In this document: positions 1 to 6,491 of the stretch, piece by piece
How the letters are laid out: the number at the start of each line of letters is the position of its first letter
Numbering within the stretch: the first letter of the stretch is position 1
Assembly (NCBI GenBank): GCA_965242925.1
Contig: CBDEUM010000026.1
Span: 1-12,080 of the forward strand
Reading direction: 5' to 3'
DNA length: 12,080 nt
DNA from: Roseibacillus sp.
Lineage (GTDB): Bacteria > Verrucomicrobiota > Verrucomicrobiia > Verrucomicrobiales > Akkermansiaceae
The notes under the pieces: model-generated
What the model was told of the DNA's origin: nothing
Database searches by the model: none
Seen by the model: the letters and a program-made list of their open reading frames with translations, nothing else
Made by a program: the position numbers and the translations under genes

Positions 1-2369
1 CCCCTCACCCGGTAGGCATAAATCGTCCGCCGGTTCCGCTCCGCGGGGGTGCGGGAGGGTTGCCATGCCGGCGCGATGGAGAACTGGATCATACGTGGCG
101 CAAGGGCCACTTCCCGGTTGATCTCCGGACTGATGGGAAGCCCCCCCAGGGTCCGGTTCAATTCACCGGTGGCCACCAGAAGAGTATCGCGCAGCTCCTC
201 GGCCGTGAATCGGCGCGGCGGGAAGTAGGCGAGCAACTCGTTATTGGGGTCCTTTCCTCGAAGAGCCTTCATCTCCCGGTGGTCACCCGCCTGCCGGTAG
301 GCCCTCGAAGTCATGATGAGCCGGTGCATGCGCTTGAAGGTCCACCCGTTCTCCACAAAGTCGGCTGCCAGCCAATCCAGCAGGACCGGATGGGTGGGCC
401 TCGAGCCCTTGGCTCCGAAATTGTTGGAGTTCCCCGCGAGGCCCTTGCCAAAGTGATGCTGCCAGATCCGATTCACGATGACCCGCGTGGTGAGCGGATT
501 ACGGGGATCCGCTATCCACTTCGCGAGGGCCAGTCGACGCCCCTCGAGCTCCTCTCCGATGCGGTAGGGCTCGCGGTCGGTGCTGCCCTCCACCGGCACG
601 CCGCATCCACTCAGCACGCCCGGATTCACGCTCTCTCCGGGGGCCTCCAGCGCCCCCCCGGAATAGATCACGCTCTCCGGTCGCCAGTTCCTGTCCGGCG
701 TCCCGGCAATGCGCATCTTGCGGGCCCGGTTTCCTTTCTGTGGCAGATCCGGGCCGTTGTAGACTCCCTGGATCATGGGTTCGTAACGTTCCAGTCGGCG
801 CGTCCAGATCCACTCATCCTGCTCCCGGACCTTCAGTCGTCCCTGGTCCACGTGATCGAGCCCCACGTGCCGGGGAGGCTTCTCTTCATCAGGGAGGTTC
901 CGACGCTTCTGCTCCGGCAGGTAGGGCAGTTTCCTCTCCGCAAACCAGGCTTTCGCTGCGGTCTCCTGCTTTTCCCTGATGCTGTTCTTGCGCTGGGTGG
1001 CAAAGGACAGGAGACGCTTCACCTGCAACCGACCTTCCTCAAACCGTTTCAGGTTCTCCTCCGGCAGGAAAGGCAGCTTCCGTTCGGCCATCTGGGTTCC
1101 CGCAAAGGCAGCATAGAACCGGTAATAGTCACGGGTCGGAATGGGGTCGAACTTGTGGTCGTGGCATTTTGCACAACGCAAATTGGTCGCCAGGAAAGTC
1201 TGCCCCACCGAGCTGACCACGTCATCGAGATAGATCTGGCGCGCTTCCGGAGCCTTCACCATCGCGTTGTCCCACGGTCCCATCCGCAGGAAACCAGTTG
1301 CCACCAGCCACTCCCTCTCCTCTGCGGTGTAATTTCCGTTCAAGCGTACCTGCTGCAATTTGTTACCTGTGATACCAAGCCTCCTGCGCACCGATGCATC
1401 AGCCAGTTCGTCCCCGGCCAACTGTTCGATCACAAAGCGGTCGTAGGGCTTGTCCTCGTTGAACGCACGAATGACGTAATCGCGGTAGCGCCAGGCGTTG
1501 GATCGCTCGTAGTCGTTGGAATACCCGCCCGTGTCCGCGTAGCGCGCGACGTCAAGCCAGTGCTGGGCCCAGCGTTCCCCATAATGGGGGCTTCCCAGGA
1601 GTCGATCGATCAAGGCTCCCCATGCCTTTTCCTGATCCTCCCGCCAGGCCTTCCGGAAGATCGCGACCTCATCCGGGGTGGGTGGCAACCCGAGGAGGTC
1701 GTAGGTCGCCCGCCGGACAAGGGTGAGAGGATCGGCCTGCTCCGCTCCCTCGAAACCGGCTTCCTTTCGACGGGAGTCGAGGAACGCATCTATGGGATGT
1801 TCCTCCCCCGGCACTGCACCGACAGCCACCGGACGCAGGGCCCACAGGTCTGCCGGGCGATACCGCCGGTAGGTCCATTCCTCGCTCAATCCCCCGCTGG
1901 TCCTGAAGATCTCTCCATCCTCCGTCACCGCAACGGCCCGCTCGGCAACCAGATACCTGCGCCTGGTCTTCTCGTCGGGCCAGGGAGCCCCAGCCGCAAT
2001 CCAATCCCGCACCAGGGCGACCTGGATCTCGCTCAATCGGTCGTTCTCCTTGGGCGGCATCTCCAGTTCCCCGTCCTCCCAGGTGATCGCCCGGTAGAGA
2101 TCACTCTGCTTCGGACGACCCGCCACCAGGACCCGCTGCGAATTCTCGCCACCCCGCAACATGCCCTCCAGACTGAGAAGGTTCAGCTTCCCTTCGATCT
2201 TGCCGGGATCCTCCCCGTGACAGGCGAAGCACTTTTCCTTCAGAAGCGGAAAAACCTTGAGGGCAAAGAGCCGTGCTCCCTGTTCCTCCGCGGCTGGAGA
2301 AGGAGACAGACTGACAACCAGCGTGCCTGCCAGGACCAGAGCATGTCGGACTGGTCGGATTGCTCTCAC
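1..2369 (-). CDS. PSD1 and planctomycete cytochrome c domain-containing protein (PSCyt1 + DUF1549/PSCyt2 + DUF1553/PSD1); 3' end lies outside the window
   Basis: Translated by hand in sampled segments; not in the ORF track, presumably because no stop falls in the window. GTG start at 2369 with an in-frame TGA two codons upstream. Signal-like N-terminus MRAIRPVRHALVLAGTLVVSLSPSPAA. Then VFPLLKEKCFACHGED (CxxCH, ~2217-2231) ... MPPKENDRLS ... VRDWIAAGAPWP (PSCyt1). Second motif NLRCAKCHDHKFDPIPTRDYY (~1125-1185, DUF1549 hallmark). RRLALAKWIADPRNPLTTRVIVNRIWQHHFGKG, PTHPVLLDWLA and RNRRTIYAYRVR are DUF1553 hallmarks. Confidence 0.93.
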   Translation of the reverse strand, partial: MRAIRPVRHALVLAGTLVVSLSPSPAAEEQGARLFALKVFPLLKEKCFACHGEDPGKIEGKLNLLSLEGMLRGGENSQRVLVAGRPKQSDLYRAITWEDGELEMPPKENDRLSEIQVALVRDWIAAGAPWPDEKTRRRYLVAERAVAVTEDGEIFRTSGGLSEEWTYRRYRPADLWALRPVAVGAVPGEEHPIDAFLDSRRKEAGFEGAEQADPLTLVRRATYDLLGLPPTPDEVAIFRKAWREDQEKAWGALIDRLLGSPHYGERWAQHWLDVARYADTGGYSNDYERSNAWRYRDYVIRAFNEDKPYDRFVIEQLAGDELADASVRRRLGITGNKLQQVRLNGNYTAEEREWLVATGFLRMGPWDNAMVKAPEARQIYLDDVVSSVGQTFLATNLRCAKCHDHKFDPIPTRDYYRFYAAFAGTQMAERKLPFLPEENLKRFEEGRLQVKRLLSFATQRKNSIREKQETAAKAWFAERKLPYLPEQKRRNLPDEEKPPRHVGLDHVDQGRLKVREQDEWIWTRRLERYEPMIQGVYNGPDLPQKGNRARKMRIAGTPDRNWRPESVIYSGGALEAPGESVNPGVLSGCGVPVEGSTDREPYRIGEELEGRRLALAKWIADPRNPLTTRVIVNRIWQHHFGKGLAGNSNNFGAKGSRPTHPVLLDWLAADFVENGWTFKRMHRLIMTSRAYRQAGDHREMKALRGKDPNNELLAYFPPRRFTAEELRDTLLVATGELNRTLGGLPISPEINREVALAPRMIQFSIAPAWQPSRTPAERNRRTIYAYRVR
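909..1088 (-). repeat. Internal 11-codon repeat in the PSD1 protein (AERKLPFLPEE / AERKLPYLPEQ)
   Basis: Copies at 1056-1088 and 909-941, 147 nt (49 aa) apart, 9 of 11 residues identical, with several synonymous codon differences. Confidence 0.6.
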
Positions 2370-2491
2370 AGGTCAGGGGAAAACCGCCCGCTCAGACACC
2401 GGAATCCAAGCTGAGGGAATACTTGAATACTTGTCTTACAGATGCCGCTCTGCAAGTGCGAATCAGGGTGCAGGAACAACGCTGCTCATTT

Positions 2492-3904
2492 TCATCCACT
2501 CGCGCCAATGAGTGACTCACAGCGCTCGCGCAGCTCTTTCAACCGACCGGTGTGTTGCGCCTCTCCTGCAAGATTCACACGCTCAGTGGGGTCCATCTGG
2601 AGATCGTAGAGTTCTTCCCGCACCGGCACCTGGTCGATATAGCGAATGTACTTCCATCTCCTGGTCCTCACTCCTTCGCTCCTGGGAATCTTCCCGTGCT
2701 CAAAAAGATGCTCGCACAGGAAATCCTCACGCCACCCATCCCTCTTCTCTCCCCGCAACAACGGAACCAAGCTCCGTCCGTCCACCGGATGCTTCTGTTC
2801 CCTGTCCAGGCCCGCCAGCGCAAGGAGGGTGGGGGCAAGATCGAGATTGAGAGCCATCTCCTCCCGCACCACACCACCGCCTCCGCGGGGATCGTAGAGC
2901 AGGAGCGGCACCCGGAGGCATTCCTCGTAGAGCAACCAGCAATCGCTCAGGCCCCGTTCTCCAAAGAACATCCCGTTGTCGCTGGTGAAAACGAGAATCG
3001 TGTTCCGGTCCAGCCCCCTGTCCTGCAGGACGGATCGCACCCTGCCCACCACATGATCCACCCCGCTCACCATGCGGTACATCCCCTTCATCATGGACTG
3101 GTACTTGGAGGGAGTATCGAAGCGCCAGCGCCAGCGCTCCCGCCCCAGCGAGTTCCGGATAAACCCGGGTTGGGCAGCAAAGAAGGCGGGTTCGGCATTC
3201 CGGGGAGGGGGAATGGTGGCGTCCCGGTAGAGATGATCGAAACGCGTGGGCCAGAAGTACTGTTGCGGATCATCATCCTGGGCATGGGGGGCATTGAAAC
3301 AAAGGGTGAGGCAGAAAGGCTCTTCCGGACTGCAGTCCCTCAGGAACGCGACCGCCTTGTCTCCCGTCACTTCCGTGAGATGGCGCCTCGTCCCGTCCTC
3401 CCGCTTGACGAAGTAGCCCCGCGGCCCTGACCGCCCCCAGTGTTCAAACTGGTCGAAGTGGTCGAACATCGCCGCCAGCGAAGACTCCTCCTCCTCGATC
3501 ATGAGTCGTCCATTTGATTCGAGACCGAGTTTCCCGATCAAGGCGGTCCGGTAGCCCCCCCGGTGCAGCTGGGCGGGATAGCTGCCCGCCGCCAGCCTGG
3601 CCGCAAATGGTGGCGTCCCGAAGGTGAAGCCGTGTTTCCTTCGGTACAAGCCGGTAAGAAGACTGGCCCGACTCGCGGCACAGATCGGAGTGGTCACAAA
3701 GGCGTTGCGGAACCGCACTCCCTCCCGGGCGAGTTGATCGAGATGCGGGGTTGAGATGATCCGGTTGCCTGCACACCCCATTGCCCACCAGGGCTGGTTG
3801 TCACTGACCATCACCACCAGGTTGGGCGGCTGCCCCGCGGAAGTCGCCGCCTCCCCGCCAGGCAGGAAAAGGGTGAGAACCACGGCTGGAAGGACGGCCT
3901 TCAT
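2492..3904 (-). CDS. Formylglycine-dependent (S1 family) sulfatase, secreted/periplasmic
   Basis: ORF 2492..3964; the ATG at 3904 is preferred because it gives the signal peptide MKAVLPAVVLTLFLPGGEAATSA followed by PPNLVVMVSDNQ. Sulfatase motifs: TPHLDQLAREGVRFRNAFVTTPICAASRASLLTG, GYRTALIGK, FNAPH, NTILVFTSDNG, LYEECLRVPLL, DLAPTLLALAG, DGRSLVPLL, ELYDLQMDPTERVNLA. Confidence 0.95.
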   Translation of the reverse strand: MKAVLPAVVLTLFLPGGEAATSAGQPPNLVVMVSDNQPWWAMGCAGNRIISTPHLDQLAREGVRFRNAFVTTPICAASRASLLTGLYRRKHGFTFGTPPFAARLAAGSYPAQLHRGGYRTALIGKLGLESNGRLMIEEEESSLAAMFDHFDQFEHWGRSGPRGYFVKREDGTRRHLTEVTGDKAVAFLRDCSPEEPFCLTLCFNAPHAQDDDPQQYFWPTRFDHLYRDATIPPPRNAEPAFFAAQPGFIRNSLGRERWRWRFDTPSKYQSMMKGMYRMVSGVDHVVGRVRSVLQDRGLDRNTILVFTSDNGMFFGERGLSDCWLLYEECLRVPLLLYDPRGGGGVVREEMALNLDLAPTLLALAGLDREQKHPVDGRSLVPLLRGEKRDGWREDFLCEHLFEHGKIPRSEGVRTRRWKYIRYIDQVPVREELYDLQMDPTERVNLAGEAQHTGRLKELRERCESLIGASG

Positions 3905-4087
3905 CGCCTGCAAGGCTGCGGCAGCTCCCCCCTCGAGCCAATCGCAATCCGCCCCGCTTCCCAACTACCGGCAGATCTCCTTCCCTGGTGACAATTTTCC
4001 ATTGAATCGACCGGTGAGCCCTGCACCGTCTGAACGCGTGACCACTTTCCCCTCCCCCACCCGTGCGGCCTCTGCTGCTATGCCCTC

Positions 4088-6319
4088 ATGACGCTGGTCC
4101 TGAGAGTTCTCGCCATCCTGTCCTCCCTCGCGCTCTGCAACATCGCCCTGGGCCAGGGAAGCAAGGCCGATTACGAGCGGACATCGAATCTGCGGACGCA
4201 GGCCAGGGGCAAACTCCTCAAGGGATGGGTGGAGGCTCGCTGGCATCCGGACGGAACACAATTCTGGTACCAGAACAAACTGGGGGACGGCCAATCGGAA
4301 TTCGTGGTGGTGGAAGCGGCCACCGGGAACAGGACGGTCATCCCGAATGGATCCAGATTGCTCCGAGCCCTGGAGGAATCCCTCGAACATGAATTCAAGG
4401 AGGACGAACCGGTGCTGGAGGCCGTCCTCCTGACGGAAGGGAAAACCGCACTCCTCCGGGCCCGGGGAAAGACATTTCATTACAGCCCCACCACCGGTCA
4501 ACTGAGGGAACACGGGGAAGAAATCGCCCCCTCGAGGAAAAGCCTGCAGCCGGGCGGCGGCACCCGGCAGCGCTTCCAGCGTTCCAATCACACTTCACCC
4601 GATCGCCAGTGGAAGGTGGAAGTGCGGGAGGGGGATCTCTTCACGAAACCGACGGAAGGCGGAGAGGACATCCGCTTCACCGAGGGGGCCGGACTGGAGC
4701 GTGTCAGCATCTTCTGGGCGCCCGATTCCAAACGCTTCGTCGCCTTTCACCGCACTCCCGGAGAAGATCACATCGTACACGTGATCGAGTCCTCCCCTGC
4801 CGACCAGGTGCAACCCAGACTCAAATCGTGGCGCTACACCAAACCCGGGGACAGGATTGCACAAACCCGGCTTGTCCTCTGCGACCTGGAAGCGAAGAAA
4901 CAACTGCCTCTCGATCACGGCCTCTTCCCCAATCCGTGGAGCATCGGAAACCTGCGCTGGGCCGCCGATTCGTCCCGTTTCACCTTCCTCTACAATCAGC
5001 GCGGACACCAGGTCATGCGCATCGTGACGGTGGACTCCCGGACCGGCGAAACCGGTTCCCTGATCGAGGACGCCCCCGAAACATTTTTCAACTACTTCCA
5101 GAAACTCTTTCATTACTACCTCGATAACCGTGGTCAAATCATCTGGATGTCGGAGCGCGACGGCTGGAATCACCTCTATCTCTTCGACTCCACGAGTGGA
5201 AAACTGGTCAACCAGGTCACCAGGGGAGAATGGGTGGTGCGGGGGGTGGACCGCATCGATCCCGAAAAGCAGCAGATCTGGTTCCGCGCCGGCGGCATGA
5301 ACCCGGAAGAGGATCCCTACCACATCCATTACTGCCGTATCAATTTCGACGGATCCGGACTCGTTCGCCTCACGGCGGGCGACGGAACCCACAACATCCG
5401 CCTCTCCCCCGACCGCCGGTATGTCATCGATCACTACTCCCGCGTTGATCTTCCCCCCGTTCATGAACTTCGCCGCAGCGAGGACGGCAGCCTGGTGACC
5501 CGGCTCGAGGAAGCTGACATCAGCCGGTTGCAGGACATCCCCGGCTGGTCCATGCCCGAACGGTTCGTGGCCAAGGGACGGGACGGGAAGACCGATATCT
5601 GGGGAGTGATTCACCGTCCCAGCCAACTCGATCCTGCCCGGGAATACCCCGTGGTCGAAAAGATCTATGCCGGTCCGCACGGCCACTATGTTCCCAAACG
5701 GTTCTATGATTTCTTCACCGCCATGGACATCGCGGAACTCGGCTGCGTGGTGGTGGTTATCGACGGAATGGGCACCAACTGGCGCTCCAAGGCTTTCCAC
5801 GACGTGTGCTGGCAGAACCTCAGGGACGCCGGGTTCCCCGACCGCATCCGCTGGATGCAGGCCGCGGCCCGGAAATACCCCTACCTCGATCTTTCCCGCG
5901 TCGGGATCTACGGTGGATCCGCGGGTGGCCAGAACGCCCTCGGAGCCCTCCTCTTCCACCCCGATTTCTACAAGGTCGCGGTCTCCGACTGCGGATGCCA
6001 TGACAACCGCATGGACAAGATTCACTGGAACGAGGCCTGGATGGGACTGATGGGCCCCCACTACGCGGAAAACTCCAACGTGACCCACGCCCACAAGCTA
6101 CAGGGCAAACTCTTCCTCACGGTGGGCGAACTCGACACCAACGTCGATCCGGCCTCCACCATGCAGGTCGTCAATGCCCTCATCAAGGCCGACAAGGACT
6201 TCGACTTTCTCCTCGTCCCGGGGGCCAAACACGGGGTCGGGGAAACCCCCTACCTGCGACGACGACGGCAGGACTTCTTCGTCCGGCATCTCCTCGGGGT
6301 GGAACCCCGGGAGAACTAG
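4088..6319 (+). CDS. S9 family serine peptidase (dipeptidyl-peptidase IV-like; N-terminal beta-propeller plus alpha/beta-hydrolase domain)
   Basis: 743-aa ORF with a signal peptide. DPPIV_N-type motifs (WAPDSKRF, WMSERDGWNHLYL, VTRGEWVV). Nucleophile elbow RVGIYGGSAGG (GxSxG), catalytic Asp in GELDTNVDP and catalytic His in VPGAKHG, in the Ser-Asp-His order of S9. Confidence 0.95.
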   Translation: MTLVLRVLAILSSLALCNIALGQGSKADYERTSNLRTQARGKLLKGWVEARWHPDGTQFWYQNKLGDGQSEFVVVEAATGNRTVIPNGSRLLRALEESLEHEFKEDEPVLEAVLLTEGKTALLRARGKTFHYSPTTGQLREHGEEIAPSRKSLQPGGGTRQRFQRSNHTSPDRQWKVEVREGDLFTKPTEGGEDIRFTEGAGLERVSIFWAPDSKRFVAFHRTPGEDHIVHVIESSPADQVQPRLKSWRYTKPGDRIAQTRLVLCDLEAKKQLPLDHGLFPNPWSIGNLRWAADSSRFTFLYNQRGHQVMRIVTVDSRTGETGSLIEDAPETFFNYFQKLFHYYLDNRGQIIWMSERDGWNHLYLFDSTSGKLVNQVTRGEWVVRGVDRIDPEKQQIWFRAGGMNPEEDPYHIHYCRINFDGSGLVRLTAGDGTHNIRLSPDRRYVIDHYSRVDLPPVHELRRSEDGSLVTRLEEADISRLQDIPGWSMPERFVAKGRDGKTDIWGVIHRPSQLDPAREYPVVEKIYAGPHGHYVPKRFYDFFTAMDIAELGCVVVVIDGMGTNWRSKAFHDVCWQNLRDAGFPDRIRWMQAAARKYPYLDLSRVGIYGGSAGGQNALGALLFHPDFYKVAVSDCGCHDNRMDKIHWNEAWMGLMGPHYAENSNVTHAHKLQGKLFLTVGELDTNVDPASTMQVVNALIKADKDFDFLLVPGAKHGVGETPYLRRRRQDFFVRHLLGVEPREN

Positions 6320-6415
6320 GACCACGGCGGGGTCTCCCACCCCGGCGGCCAGCCGACATACCTTGAATTTGGTATTCTCCTCCCAATTCTCTTGTCCCTC
6401 CTGCCATTCCTATTC

Positions 6416-6445
6416 TTGATAAGAACCCGTAAAACATCGTAGCCT
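6416..6445 (+). promoter_or_regulatory. Putative sigma70-type promoter of the surface-protein gene
   Basis: TTGATA (6416-6421), 18-nt spacer, TAGCCT (6440-6445), in a relatively AT-rich intergenic stretch 46 nt upstream of ATG 6492. Motif match only. Confidence 0.4.
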
Positions 6446-6491
6446 GAACGAGGGTTCAGCTTCCCTCCAGAGTTCTACAACCTCCCCACCA

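Noticed and set aside
60..2414. 784-aa plus-strand ORF
   Set aside because: Exactly in-register antisense shadow of the PSD1/cytochrome c gene. It has no recognisable motifs and stays open because TTA/CTA/TCA codons are rare in GC-rich genes.
3905..3964. Sulfatase start at 3964 given by the ORF track
   Set aside because: It is a TTG start that adds 20 aa ahead of a clean signal peptide; ATG 3904 fits better.
2552..6094. Long ORFs 2552..3430 (+), 3965..4591 (-) and 4595..6094 (-)
   Set aside because: In-register antisense shadows of the sulfatase and S9 peptidase genes; no independent coding evidence.
6328..6344. Hairpin CGGGGT-CTCCC-ACCCCG after the peptidase stop (and ACCTG-AAAGA-CAGGT at 8838-8852) as intrinsic terminators
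   Set aside because: Short stems with no U-tract; such hairpins arise readily in GC-rich DNA, so they are not called.
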